Assembly: GCA_965644315.1 (NCBI GenBank)
Contig: CBFFRQ010000087.1
Location: 62,001 to 126,000 of the forward strand
Reading direction: 5' to 3'
Origin: Caecitellus pseudoparvulus
Taxonomy: Eukaryota; Protista; Bigyra: Bicosoecida
Length of the DNA stretch: 64,000 bases
This document shows positions 47,539-60,143 of this stretch, one piece after another (position 1 is the first letter of the stretch; each line of letters begins with the position of its first letter). The notes under the pieces were generated by a model, which was not told where the DNA came from, did not search any database, and was given only the letters and a program-made list of their open reading frames with translations. Both the position numbers and the translations under genes were made by a program.

Positions 47539-50500
47539 TCACACCTTGCTGTCTCCGGCACCCCCCCCTCCAGCTGCTGTGAGAGGGTTCGGCACTGCCA
47601 CAGCCCCCGCTGCGGCAGCACTGGCCGCACCCCCCGCCACAACGCTGGGTCGGCGCCCCGTCCAGGCTTGCTTGGGCTTGGACTTGTGCAGGTCGTTCAG
47701 GGTGTTCAGCTGCTCGTACAGTGCGTCCAGGACAGCGTCGGAGACGAAACGCCGCGTGGAACGGAAGGGTTTGCCCTCCAACTCTTCCTCCAGCTTGTCA
47801 CGGGGCATGGGGCGATAGGCAAGTGCCTTGGAGGAGCGGGGGTCTAGAATGTCCGCACACCCAGCCACGGCGCCCAGGTTGGTGTTGTTCTCCCACACGC
47901 TGGACCAGAAGCAGTACCACAGGGCACAGGCGGGGTGTGAACGCAGCAGGGCCATGCGCTGGAACAGGAACTGCAGACCAGCCTTGTGTTTCTCCATGAG
48001 GCCAGTCATGTCTGGGTTGGTTTCCCAGGTTGCCAGGTACCGTGCGAGGTCGGCGGGGGACATGGCGCTCGCGTCGTACACGTGCAGCCAGAAAGCGGAG
48101 GAGAGGGTGGCTTCCTTGTCGGCCTCTTCCTTGCGGAATTTGGCGCGGTACTCGATGCACTTCTGGCGCCAGCGCGGCAGGTGCGTGGAGATGATGCGAG
48201 AGTTCTTGGGGTCGTTCAGCAGCGCGGCGGCCTTTGTCCCGCGCACCTCGAACTTGTTGTTGAAACCCACTGCCTCAGCCGACAGCGTCGTGGATTCGTT
48301 GGAGAAGTACGCCATTTGCCCTGTGCGCGGCTTGCGGGCCTCACCATGCCCGTCGTTGTACCGCAGTGAGAATTTGAAGCCTCGCGCCATCTCCTTGCTG
48401 TCCTCAGCAGCGACCTGGGGGGGGGGCAGGGGGGGCGGCATGTGCGTGGCGGGCAGGCAGGCAGTGTGTGGCTGTGCGTGGCGGGGGGTGACTCACATTG
48501 ACTCGCGGGCGGTGGAAGAACAGGTGCACGCGGATGGTGGAGTACACCGTGCGCGTCTTGGTGTTGCCCTCGCTGTCGCGGTACGTCTCCGTGCCGTCTT
48601 CCACGGTGCGCGTCACCCACTCGTCGTGTTCCACGTGGAACAGCTCCCCCGACATGTCAGCTGCGCGCAGCTGTTCGCGCACGTGGCGCCGCCGGCGCAC
48701 TTCGGGGGAGCTGTTCTTGGCTGCGAACTCGAGAATGTTCTCTTCCCAGATGAACGCATAGTCGTCATCGTCGTCGAATGCCAGCACGACGTGGAAGGGG
48801 TACGTGTACACGATGGCTTTCGCGAAGTGTGTGCGGGAGGAGTTCTTGCCGTCCGCCACACCTGCGTCACTGTCCCAGAACGCGTCCACACCTTCCAGCT
48901 CATTCATGATGAAGGCCCGTGCCGCGGCACGTTCATACGCATAGTGAAAGTGTTCCGTAATGCGCTTGCGCCCGACGTCGGCCGTGATGCGTTGCAGCTC
49001 CACGAGGCGTTTCGCGACGGCTTCGTCCTGCCCCCGCAGCAGCAAGCTCTGCCAGAAGGGGTGCCACACACGCAGCTTCACTTCCTTCTCCAGGTCCAGC
49101 AGCAACTCCCCACCCTTGCCGACAAAGGTGCCGACGAAGCCGCCCTTGCGGTGGCGCCCCACGTTCTCGAACTCCAGCGCGCCCCAGCAGAACTGCACCA
49201 TGCTGCGCACAGCCGCAAAGCCCCACAGCACCATGAGCAGCATGACCAGGGCATTCACGCCGTTGGCCACGTTGATGAGGATGCCCATGATGGTGGAGGT
49301 GTTGGGCAGAATGGCGGAGGAGCCGATGAGGCCGAAGGCGATGGTGAGCAAGTTCGCCACGCGACCGGAAACCTCCATCACGTCTGCCTGTGCGTTCAAG
49401 AAGGGCGACGCGATGAACGCGAAGACCACCATGATCACCAGCACACCCAGGGACAGTGCTGTCTGCAGCAGCACCCTGTCGAACAGCAGCACGACAAGCA
49501 GGGCTAGAATGAGCTTCACAAGCATCACCAGCACCTTGTAAAACGCCCACTTGCGCTCGTAGCTGTCGTACAAGAACAGGTACGGCGAGCTCAGCTGCCG
49601 GGGGTCCGTCTGCATGTCTTCCTCGTACATGGCGTCGGTGTACTCGACCCGCTCCCCCGTCTCGTCGTACCGCGAGTTGGGGTCCTCTCGCGACCCCACG
49701 GGCTTGTTGCGCTGAATCAGCAGGTACGTTCGGATGGGCAGGCCCAGTGTGAACACTGCGACGAGGAAGCCTGCCACCACCTGGCTGGCAGTGTAGTACT
49801 CCCATCCGGAACAGTCGCAGGAGACAGAGTCCAGGGCACCGCCACGGTCTGTCTCCTTGCAGTCCACCCCTCCCGCACCCAGTGCCTGCAGCGCCCTGCC
49901 AGCTGTCGCGTCACACACGAGCAGTTGGAAGGCGGAGCGGGACACGGGCAGGTACAAGGAGAAGGCGGCCGTGAAGATGTACTTGATGGCTGTGAGTGTG
50001 CGCTTGCTCTCGGTGGCCAGCACATCCCACGTCTTGGCTTCCTTGCCTTGGCGGATTTCGTCCATTTGCAGGGACGAGGTCATGCACATGGCCCAGAGAT
50101 AGGCAAGGATGAGCAGGACGGCGATGACGACGATGGTGATGTAGATGTACAGCGGGTTCAGGGAGGGCACGACGAAGGAGATGTCCAGGGAGATGATGGA
50201 GGAGACGTTCCCGAACACCAGCTTGGCGGAGCGCATGGCATCAGACGCCACGCCGGCGATGAACAGCGACAGCAACTGCGCGAAGTCACGCAACACCTCC
50301 AGCTTCACGAACGAGAACAGGGACACCGTCGCGCCAGCTGCCGTGGCCAGTGCGAACACGAGCTTGTCGCGCGACTCCGTGTACATCTCAGCGGCGTCCT
50401 GGAACGAGACAAGGCTGCGGCCTTTGGCGAGGCCCGACGCCCAAAAGTCCGCACCCGCCGCCAGCCCCACCTTCAAGTCCGTCGAAATGGCCGCAGTCTC

Positions 50501-51826
50501 CTCTGCCGCCATGGCTGCCGCAGCGGCGGCGCCCTCGGACACAGCGGCAGGCAGCGCAGCCGAGGAGAGGCGGCGCACTTTATCCCCCACTGCGCCGGCG
50601 ACGCGACCAGCACCCTCGGCTGCGCGACCAGCGCCCTCGGATGCCGCCGACGCGACCGCCGTGGCAGCTGCGGCAGCTGTGGAGGCCCCCTCCTCAGCTG
50701 CTGCGGAGGCTGCTGCTGCAGCACGGGCGATGGCTTCGCTGACGGACGGAACGGGCGCAGAAATGTCCACGTCCGTCTCCAAATCCCGCACGACAGCCTT
50801 AGTCTTCTTGCTGACGGTGCCGACAGCCGAGCCAGTGGCGGCAATGACCTTGCCGCCATCTGCCGCAGCAAAGGTGGCCGCTGTCGCGCCGCCCTCCAGC
50901 ACTGCACCGCCCACTGTCATGCCGGCAGTGGTGCCGCCAGCGGCCTTGCCGCCCCCCGCCCCCGCCAGGGGGTTCTTCACCTTCACGCCGGCTTTCTTGA
51001 TGAAGGTCTTCGCAGCAGATGCAGCTTGGGATCGGTTCGGGTTCTTGGTGGTCACGCTCACCTGTAGGTCGGCAATGTCCTCGCCACTGTACATGGGCGG
51101 AGTCACACCGGCGAAGCAGCAGTGTGCCGGCTGTGTGAAGCGGGGCGCAGAGGGGGCGATGAACAGGCCCTCGTACGGCGCCGGCGGCTCGTCGCCCTCT
51201 GCGTCGCGCACTGCGATGGCCCCTGGCGCGATGGCGGAGTCCTCCTGCGCCCGCCACTCCCACTGCTCACCCTCCACACCAGCCGCCACCTGCACTGCAC
51301 CTGGGTTGGAGCCGTCCAGCACGACGCAGTCCACGTAGCAGTCCTGTGCGCGAGGAAGTGCACGGGTGGCACACTGGGTGTTTGAGGGGTACTGCATGGC
51401 CGGCACAGGGCCCACGCACCTTGTCGTCGCCTTCCGTGTCCCATTGCACCAGCACCCTCACACCAGCGCGCAGTGCAGCAGGCGCCATGGGGCACCGACT
51501 CGGAAACGAAGGCACAACGACGAAGGAGCTGCGCCGATCGAGATGAGGGGGGTGGAGGCACGCTTTGCGATAGTTTCCAAGAAGTACGCGGGTGCTGCGC
51601 AGCAGGGCGGGACGCACCGGCCCAGGATCGGCTCATGTGCGCCGCCGGGTGCGGCGTGGACGAAGTCGCTGCCCGACACCTCGGCCAGCGTTCCAGCACA
51701 CCACACGAAGCCAATGTCAGCAACGGCGACAGAGACGGGGTCAGCGTCATCCTTTGCTGTGATTCCATCTGTTGCATTCAGCACCAGCGCGACGTCGCCC
51801 ACTTTCGGGGCGTCACTGGCCGCCAT
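47539..51826 (-). CDS. Multipass membrane protein (~1346 aa) with possible N-terminal Tudor/SH3-like beta modules
   Basis: Exons 51826-51618, 51528-51420, 51343-48497 and 48414-47539 splice in frame. Multiple hydrophobic helices, an FLYDSYERKWAFYKVLVMLVK motif and an Ala-rich linker. Confidence 0.8.
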
Positions 51827-52310
51827 CGTGCACTGCTGCGGAAGTTGACGCAACCCACGGCGTGGTCGTGGGGGCGTGTCGTCGCCTCTTCAGCCCTGCT
51901 CGAAGCAAAGGCTGGGGATAGCAGTGTACAATGAAATGTGTAGAGCGTAGATTGGCTGCCTTTCTCTGCCCCTCCCAACCAGCTCCGCGGCGGCTCCTCG
52001 TTGACACGCCGTTCTCAAGAGCAGAAGGCGCTCTGAGCGCTAATACGCACATTCCCCTGGTCCGTGCATTGGTGTGTTCAAAGCACTTCATCCCCAGTGG
52101 CACATGAAGTAGTGCAGGCGATGCACACGCTGCCCCATGTGGCGCTGCAGGGGTGACTTGGCCGACAGTAGCTTGCCAGCACCTCTCTGTCCACCAGAGA
52201 GCAGCTCCACAAGCGGAACTGGGCAGAGCCAGAGCAGGTGCTGCGTTCCTCTGCAACTATGCTCTGCTTCATAGGCAAGGCATGGGTGCGGGGGGGGGAA
52301 CTGCACAGCT

Positions 52311-52773
52311 TCAGCGCCCCGACCCAGCACCACCTTGCAACGCATCGAGAGGGTCAGCGTACGGCTTACCCTGCTCTGCAATGATGAGGGCAGCCTGCCG
52401 CACGGACTCCAGCAGCTGTGCTGACTCCTCTGGGCTCAAGGCTTTGTCCTTGGAGCGCTCTTCGTCGGCATCGCGCTGGGTTTCGTTGCGAAACGCCGCC
52501 GGCTTGTCTGAGCTCAAGTACGCATGGCCTTCCTTCTCTGCACCACAAGCGGCAAGAGGCAATGCAGTGCTGAAGATCAATATTTTCGTTCATCGTGTGC
52601 CCAAACCCGCCAGACCGACTCCAAAGCGAGGACAAGGCGCTGATGCGCCGCCTGCGGAATACGAAGCACGCACCCTTTGCGCCAAAGAAAATGGGGTACC
52701 CAACAGCCCCGAAAATAAGGGACAGTGCCAGGGGCACCTTCAGTCCATGTGGGATCCTGCAGGAAGGGTTCAT
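52311..52773 (-). CDS. Small single-TM hypothetical protein (spliced)
   Basis: Exons 52773-52674 and 52537-52311 are in frame: KVPLALSLIFGAVGYPIFFGAK|EKEGHAYLSSDKP... Start uncertain. Confidence 0.6.
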
Positions 52774-53050
52774 GGACCGGTGGGGCCGCCATGTACTGGG
52801 CGCAGCTGCAGCGCCGTGTCACGCACGCCTTCGTGTCCAGGTACGCCTGTATGGCGCGCCGCAGCACCATGGCTGGCAGGCCAGACTAGCGCAGTGGAAT
52901 ATAAACCCACTGGGCAACAGTGCATTGGCTGGGTGAAAACGGGGCCTGGGTGGGCTTTCTTGGCAGGGTTGTTTGTGCCGCAGGCCTAACTGCCACACAA
53001 GCAGCACCACTTCACACTTTCCAGCAGGCACCCCCCCCCCCCTGCAAGCT

Positions 53051-55759
53051 TCACCGCTTGCCCTCACGCGTGGTGCCTCGCCCAGCGCGGGAGGAGGCTG
53101 TGCTGCCTGGTGTGGCCATGCGCAGGCCACTGACGCCAAGGCCGCCGCCCCCCCCCCGAGACGGAAGACTGCCCCCCACCCCACCTGCTCCGCGAATGGT
53201 CTGTGTGGGCGGCACTTGCAGCTCCTTGTTCACACGGGCACCCAGGTACTGCTGCAGCAGCCCCTTGAGCTCGGCGTTCTGCGCCTTGAGCCCAGACACC
53301 TCCTCCATGACTTTGGAGCGCCGGCTGAGGGTGGCCACGTACTTGCTCAGCCCTTGCTCCAGAACACGCCACACACGAACAGTCCGGGGCGGCACCGTGT
53401 TCACCAGCTTGCTCCAGTACTCTGCCTCTTGCTGCTGCGCTCGGGACACCTCATCCAAGCCTTCCCCCAGCTCGGGTGTCGTGTCATGGGCGCCGCCTGG
53501 CACGGGCTGGCCTTCTGCTGAGGGGGGGTTGGGGGAGGGGGAGCCCCCCCCTGCACCAGCACCCGCAGCAGCGCGAGGGGGGGGCGCAGTGCCCCCCCCC
53601 CGCGTACCCTGGGCGGAAGGGGGTGCGCTGACGCCGCCTTCCTCCTCAGCGCGACGCAGCAGTGCGACCACGTCGGCAGAGGGACCAGGTCGCACATGCC
53701 GAGCGCCGCCCCCGCCCTCGCCAAAGGGGTCTGTCGCCGCCGCTGCCTCCCGCTCGGCAGCAGCCCGGGCTTCCACGAAGCGTAATACGGTGCGCACCAC
53801 CCCACCCGGCGGCACAGTGCACTGCCCCCGCGCCAGGGCCAACGCACCATCCCGAGTGCTCTCTGACTCCGCGGCGGCATCTGCGTCGTCGTCGTCCTCA
53901 TCGCCATCGCCCCCTGCCCTGGGTGTGAAGAAGTACTCCACCAGCTCCGCCACGTCAGCGTCACTGGTGCAGCCCACAGCCCGCAAGATGCACTCAGCCT
54001 TGATGCCCTCTGCAGCAGCAGGCGAGTCAGCTGCAGCCACAGCGGCCATGGTGGGCCCATCCACGAGGAACGGCGCCTCCGCCACCAGCCGTGAACACAT
54101 GACAGACACACGGGCTGTGGTACGACGGGCCTGCCGAGTGGGCCCGGAGGGGGGGTCGCTGGCCCCCTCCTCCCCCCCCCCCTCCGGCCCGTGCTCACCC
54201 CCCTCCTCCTTACCCTCAGCCACACCCCCCCCAGCAGCAGCAGCACGCGCAGCAGCTGCAGCGCCAGCGGGCGTCTGCCCTTGATGATGTCGCGGTGATG
54301 TGCCGCCGCCCAACGCAGCAGCGGGCCGCGGCACAGTTGCCGTGGGGGGGTGCCACTCCCACCCCAGCAACTGCTCTGAAATGACGCGGTCTGCGGCCAG
54401 CGCACGCTGCAACATCTGCTGCACTTCTTCCTCATGCATGTCCCACACGGAGCGGAATTTGGCCTGGTCCGCCGCCTCGAAGTGCGAGAACTTCGCCTGC
54501 AGGTCCTGGTACTGCCGCGTGATGCGCTGGTACTCCCGCGTCAGTGCTGCGTTTTCCGCCTTGAAGGCCTTGTCCGCGGCGACGTAATCCCGCATGACCT
54601 TGGTCAGGGCACGGTCCAGGCTCTTGATTTTCTCCTTCTGCTGACTCTCCGCGATCTCATTCTCTGTGTCCTTCTCTGACAACACGCGGAAATTGTACTC
54701 CAGCTTCTCCATGTTCAGCGCGTACGTGGAGCGCATCAGCTCCAACTGCTGCTCCAGCACCTGCACATCGCTCTCCAACTTCACCTTCAGCTTCGTGTAC
54801 TGCTCTGCATCCTTGCTCTGCATGGCGTCGAGTTCCGCCTGGTAGGCTGCCTCGCGTGCCAGTCGTTCCTCCACCAGCGTCGTCTCCATGCGCTTGCGCA
54901 CGCCGAACAACTCGTCCATTTCCGCACGGTGGGCATCCATGAGAGCTTGGTGCTCCTGCGCATACGCCTCCTCAATGCTGCCCAGTTCACCATCGTACGC
55001 AGCCTGCAGCTGTGTGAACTGCTCGTTCATGCGCGTGATGAGCGTCTCCACGTCCTCCGCCTGAGAGGCAATGGTGCGCACATACTCCTCGTCCTTGGCC
55101 TTGATCTCAGCCTGCAAAGGGGTGGAGGGGGGGGGGGGGGCAGGGTGCGCTGCGTGTTGCGCCACCTGCTGCAGCAACGCGGCAACGCAGCGCAGCACGC
55201 ACGAGGAACTCCCGAGTCAACTGGTCCTTGCTGGCGACAATGCGGGCACAGGCTGCCCGCTGCTTCTGCAGCTCCTCGTGCAGCTCCTGCGGCATGTTGT
55301 AGAACTTCAGGTCGTGCCACTTCATCTCCACAGCCGCGTTGGCCTTGTTGGAAGCGACAGCCTCTTCTTGCAGTCGCCACAGGCGGTCCTGTCGCCGCTT
55401 CTCTTCGGCGATGCGCCTCTGTGCCTCACGGTCACCTGCCGCCACACGGATGTCTGTCGCATGGTCAATGCTGGCGGCCTGGGCGGGGTCGGCGAGAGCA
55501 GGGTGCATGCAAATTCCGCTACCGACACCTCAAGCAGTGCCAGCACAGGCCTCGCCGCACTTTCTTCGAGTCCAGCGTGCTCAGACTCTCCACTATTTGG
55601 TCCTTTCCATGGTGCGGCACTTTGTACTGCGCCGATGACCCTGTGGTGCGAGGAGGGCAGCCCAGAGCTGCGTTGGCACAGAAACGCGACTTGACATCGA
55701 CGCCACACACCTCCGCCCTCAGCTGCCGCGGCCCCTGCTCCTGAGCTGGAATCAGCCAT
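53051..55759 (-). CDS. DRC1: Dynein regulatory complex subunit 1
   Basis: PQELHEELQKQRAACARIVASKDQL, EIKAKDEEYV, KLESDVQVLEQQLE..YALNMEKLEYNFRVL and C-terminal LKAQNAELKGLLQQYL...LQVPPT. Intron 55112-55202; 5' exons approximate. Confidence 0.92.
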
Positions 55760-56035
55760 GATGCAGTGCTGTACCACACTTCTGTGTTCTCAAAACCAAC
55801 TTGGCAGTGGAATCAGCCCGAGCCCTGCGTCACCTGAGTCGCTTGCACTCGCTGCTCAGATGCAGCCTTTCGCCGCTTGCAGTGGGCCCCAAGAAATCAA
55901 TTTCCTGACCCTATAACTGAACCTGTCAGGCAAGGTCTTTTCAACTTCGGAAAACTTTTTGACTTGTGGTTTGTGGCGGCCCGATGCGCATTGTGCACTT
56001 TGCTTGCACTGCTGAATCTCCGTAACTTCCGCAAC

Positions 56036-57220
56036 ATGGCAGAGGCCCAAGCATCCCAAGGGGAACCCTTGCCGGCACCAACGCCAGATACACAATGCCT
56101 GTTCACCATGCAGCAGGGTCAGGTGGAACTGGTGTGCCCCGAGACGGACACCCGCGAACCCTGTGCTGCGGGAGACGTGCGCATCATCCTGGCACCATTT
56201 TCCGCACAGGACGCCGACTCTGCTGAAGGCCCTCCTGTCGAGACGGAGTCCCCGCAGGGTGAAGACGGCAAGCCTGCTGAGACAGGCTTTCTCCTTGCGC
56301 TGCAGTGCGACAACTGGGTGTACGTCATCGCACCTGACCAGCCAGCACTGCTGGACACGAGCGACCCGCCCGGCCACCTGCTCCTTCCCTGCGCTGACGG
56401 CAACGCCTTTGCCCTGAGCGTGCCGCCCAGCGCGCTGGGCACAGCAGAGTGGCCCGCCTTTCTGGCCAAGCTAGCTGGTGCCTGCCGCCTCAAGCACCGG
56501 GACAGTGACTCCATCCTGGCGCCTGAAACTGACTTCGCAGCGCTGACGACACCTCCGGACGCCCCTGCCTGGAGCAAGGGCATCGTGGCTGGCATCGGCT
56601 TCGCCGGCGCAGTGACGGCTCTGGGAGTCAAGAAGGCGGCATCGGTGACATCTGCTGCGCTGGGCACCATTGGCAACGCAGTTGTCAGCCGAACACCCTC
56701 CCGTGCAGAACCCGTGAAGGTGTCTGACGCGACGAAGCAGCGAGTCACTCGCCTGCAAGGGGTGGCGCAGACGTCCCTCAAATTCTCCGCATCCTTCGTC
56801 CAAGCCATCTCCACGGGGGCGGTTGCGGCGGGGCACGCTGTCGCTGACGGTGTCGGGCGCCTGACTGGCGCGAGCGACGCCAAGCCAGAGAGCGGCAACG
56901 CCCCACCCCCGAAACGCAGCGAGTTGACGGCAGGCATGATGGCGGTGGCCAAGGCTGGCCTTGGCGCCTACACAGAGGTGTGGGATGCGCTGGAGGAGGG
57001 CGCAGTGGCCGTGGGCAGTGAGAGTGCGGCTCAGGCCACAGCCCTCGCTGCAAAGCGGTACGGCGATGAGGCGGCGGAGGTGGCTGCTGGTGCGCTGCAC
57101 GCCGCAGGCAGCCTGGCCTTCAGCGCGTACCGCATCAACGGAATGGGCGTGAAGGCGGTGGCAAAAACGGCTGCCTCCACCGCCGCCACCAAGGTCGCCA
57201 TGCAAAGCATGCAGGGGTGA
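56036..57220 (+). CDS. Spartin/ERD7-like senescence-domain protein
   Basis: EPVKVSDATKQRV...VWDALEEGAVAV...AAKRYGDEAAEVA matches the senescence domain pattern; preceded by a beta-rich N-terminal region. Confidence 0.85.
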   Translation: MAEAQASQGEPLPAPTPDTQCLFTMQQGQVELVCPETDTREPCAAGDVRIILAPFSAQDADSAEGPPVETESPQGEDGKPAETGFLLALQCDNWVYVIAPDQPALLDTSDPPGHLLLPCADGNAFALSVPPSALGTAEWPAFLAKLAGACRLKHRDSDSILAPETDFAALTTPPDAPAWSKGIVAGIGFAGAVTALGVKKAASVTSAALGTIGNAVVSRTPSRAEPVKVSDATKQRVTRLQGVAQTSLKFSASFVQAISTGAVAAGHAVADGVGRLTGASDAKPESGNAPPPKRSELTAGMMAVAKAGLGAYTEVWDALEEGAVAVGSESAAQATALAAKRYGDEAAEVAAGALHAAGSLAFSAYRINGMGVKAVAKTAASTAATKVAMQSMQG

Positions 57221-57881
57221 GGCCGAGACCAGGCTCCAGGGACGTCCAACAGGACGGCACGCCCAGCTCCCTTCGTGGAATCTGAATGCAGTGACATTGT
57301 CTGAAGAATAAGATGTGGGGGAAGCATTGGGGGGGGTGGCGCTGGGGTGAGGAAAGCATTCTTCCTGGCATCGTGAAGGGGGACAAGTCTGGCAAACTGC
57401 CGGCGTTTCGCAACTTCGCCAAGCAGCCAAGTGTTGGGCGATAGAGCGCACCTCTGCGAAAACTCTAACGCATGGCTAAATGCCAATCATGTGTATTGTG
57501 AATCAATTAAGTACTAGAGACACAGTGAAGCTCCATGGTGACGATACTATGGCGTGCTAAAGAGGTGAAAGTCTGGGCACAAGAGACGAAACGCTGCTCT
57601 TGCACCAGAAGCTGGGGCTGTGACAGGGGCAAAGGCAGACTACCCCCGCCTCACTGTGGGACTCCATCGTATATTCGTGGTAGCTAGAGGGCCAGTGGGC
57701 TGCTCCTGTACGGCGTGGGATCCTTATCCTTGTCAAGGGGGGCTCAGCGTGGTGGGCTGTGAGCGAAGCAGTGGTCAGACTCTGTCAAATCCAACCCACA
57801 CGTATACAACGTCGCACAAACGCTAACTGAAACCGAAACCAACACCAATACTTCAATTCTACACTACACACACTCACCACC

Positions 57882-58190
57882 ATGTCTGACGCAAGCTCCG
57901 AGCAGCCCAAGACCACCCTCGAGACGGTCAGCGATGCCGCCTCCGACACCGCCCAAGCCATCGGCGAGACAGCCTCCTCCGCAGCCCAGGCAGTGAGCGA
58001 CACAGCCTCAGGGGCAGTATCCGCTGCAGCAGATGCGGTCGGCCTCGGTGAGGAGGAAAAGACAGCCGGTGACCACCTGAGCGCTGCTGGCTCCGAGGTG
58101 AAGGCAGCCGCCGAGAAGGCCGTGGATTCGGCAGCCGACGCCACCAAGGGAGCCGCCGACACCGCCCAGGAGACTGCTGGCTCTGGCTGA
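57882..58190 (+). CDS. Small acidic Ala/Thr-rich LEA-like protein
   Basis: 102 aa with no Cys or aromatic residues; 11-mer periodicity (TVSDAASDTAQ/AIGETASSAAQ/AVSDTASGAVS); start context caccaccATG. Confidence 0.7.
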   Translation: MSDASSEQPKTTLETVSDAASDTAQAIGETASSAAQAVSDTASGAVSAAADAVGLGEEEKTAGDHLSAAGSEVKAAAEKAVDSAADATKGAADTAQETAGSG

Positions 58191-59132
58191 TGAATGCAAA
58201 CCAACGAACATTGTGTCCACGTCTCCGTGCTTGGGCTTGCATAAGCCGTTTGCCGTCTTCTCGCAGTGCACGGCAAAGCTGGTGTGCACTGCATGTGACG
58301 CCACCTTCACCTTCGAACCGCAGCCACAGAGCTTGCGCACACACTGTGGTGCTTTGTATGGGCAGAGAACAATGGAACATACGAGGATTATTGAATTAAT
58401 ATCGTGCCTACTTCTTTTACGGGGTTTGGAGCTTCGTGTGGCAGTTGGTGCGCCTTCGATCAACAGTTCCTGGACGGCCACCACGCCGACAAGCCACGTC
58501 AGTGGCTCGGCCCGCCAAACCGCACGCCCGACCCTCGCCACTGCTTGCGGTAAGGAGATGGCAGTCCTGCCGCTCATTGTGTGCAGAAGGGGGTGAAAGT
58601 GGGAAGTGCAATGGTGACTTGTTGCAGCGAAGTGCTGGCAAAAGCAGTCGAGCAATAGCGTGGCGGTGGCTGACACGAGAGCCGAGAGAAGCAGAGTTCA
58701 AGGTGAGGGCTGCTCGCCTCCGCACCTCAGAGAAGCAAGCCCGGAAGGAATCGAGTGCTGAAGGACCTCGCTTCATGATAATCATACCGCCAAGTGTGAT
58801 CCCTGGCTGCTGTGCGAGCCTGACGAAACCTTGCGCTCTGTCACCGAACGTGAAGTACAAGTTGGGAAATGGAAGAGAAACGAACCCGGGCTCGCACTCT
58901 GGCAATCCGCACAGCCGCTTTGTGCACCGACACAGCAGTGTACATTCACGAAGTGCCTTCTTGCGAGCCCATGTGCTGTGGACGCTGACACGGGGCCTCA
59001 GGCTGGTGTGGGCTGATAGCGAAGCCGTCCCCAGCACCGCAACAAATGAACGCCAGCTGTTTATCCGCACCATCCACGGACTCAAAGGGCGGGAAGTCTC
59101 CATGGAAGATAGGGTGACAAGCAGTGCCATAA

Positions 59133-59906
59133 ATGGCCGCAAGCTCGCGCCCCATGGCTCAGACTCCCCGAGGACCATGGAGAAGTTACTTTGCTCGAGC
59201 CCTGTGCCGACAGCCAAGGGGAGGGGCACTGAAGCTGCTCCACAGAGTCCCAAAGCCAATATCCAATGCAATTATCACAAGAGCACACTGTGAGCGCGAG
59301 GGAGTTGACGTGCCTCACCACTTCACCTCTGCTTGCTTGGGCGGTGGTGTACCGCAGAATGCTGTGGGTGTCGTGACAGAGCTGGAGGTGTCCAACGGGT
59401 GTGTGTACGTGGAAGTGGCGACCAGCGTCGGCTCAGCCACCGGCATCTTCGCGTGGATGGGCGGTGCTTGGGCCCCCATCACTTCTGTGGAGGTGACGGC
59501 AGGGCGTGTGAGTGGGTCCAACCCCGCTGCCCTGCATGCAGCCGGCGTTCAGACGCTGGCCTTCACCACATCAGACGGCACTTTCATCCTGGACACTGCT
59601 CGTGCAGCGGTTGCTGCTGGTGTCGTGCCCTCTCCATCCGCCACTCCGTCCCCTTCCCCAGCCGCCGCTGCAGCGGCAGTGGCCACCACTGTGGAAGAGG
59701 GTGATAACTCAGGCGCCATCGGGGCTGGTGTGGCCCTCATCGCCATCCTCGTCGTGGCTGTGGGCGCCTTCATGGTGTACCGTGCTGGCCTCTGCAAGCG
59801 CGGCAAGAAGGAGGACAAGCCTGCCGAGGCAGCACCAGGCAGTGGTGACACCGGCGCCACAGCCCCGTCAACTGAGCAGGCTAGTGCTGCTGCAGCACAG
59901 GCTTGA
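59133..59906 (+). CDS. Single-pass type I membrane protein (5' end unresolved)
   Basis: Beta-rich region, PSPSATPSPSP linker, TM AIGAGVALIAILVVAVGAFMVY and basic stop-transfer KRGKK. Confidence 0.6.
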   Translation: MAASSRPMAQTPRGPWRSYFARALCRQPRGGALKLLHRVPKPISNAIITRAHCEREGVDVPHHFTSACLGGGVPQNAVGVVTELEVSNGCVYVEVATSVGSATGIFAWMGGAWAPITSVEVTAGRVSGSNPAALHAAGVQTLAFTTSDGTFILDTARAAVAAGVVPSPSATPSPSPAAAAAAVATTVEEGDNSGAIGAGVALIAILVVAVGAFMVYRAGLCKRGKKEDKPAEAAPGSGDTGATAPSTEQASAAAAQA

Positions 59907-60143
59907 TGTGGTGTGGGGTGGAGAAGGGGGCCTGGTCCGTGCCGTGTTTCATTCGCTTTCTGTGCAGTGTGGGGTTTTACCTTGCCCAGGTTGGCTGAGA
60001 GTGGCTCAGCTACCGTGGAAGGGGGGGGGGTGAGGGTTTTCCCCTGCAATGCACACCCGAACTCAAGCCGCCACTCCAAGGGAAGCCTTTTCTCACAAAC
60101 TCCCACAGATGGCAGCCAGCCTCACTCTGTTCCCGCTGCGTTG

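Noticed and set aside
55123-55140. Long G homopolymer runs as G-quadruplex elements
   Set aside because: They fall in the C-rich tracts of minus-strand introns or in Gly/Pro codons; nothing indicates a separate function.
58200-59290. Overlapping ORFs 58436..59293(+) and 58417..59271(-)
   Set aside because: No recognisable domain or codon bias. They might hide 5' exons of the 59906-ending gene, but I could not build a consistent splice model.
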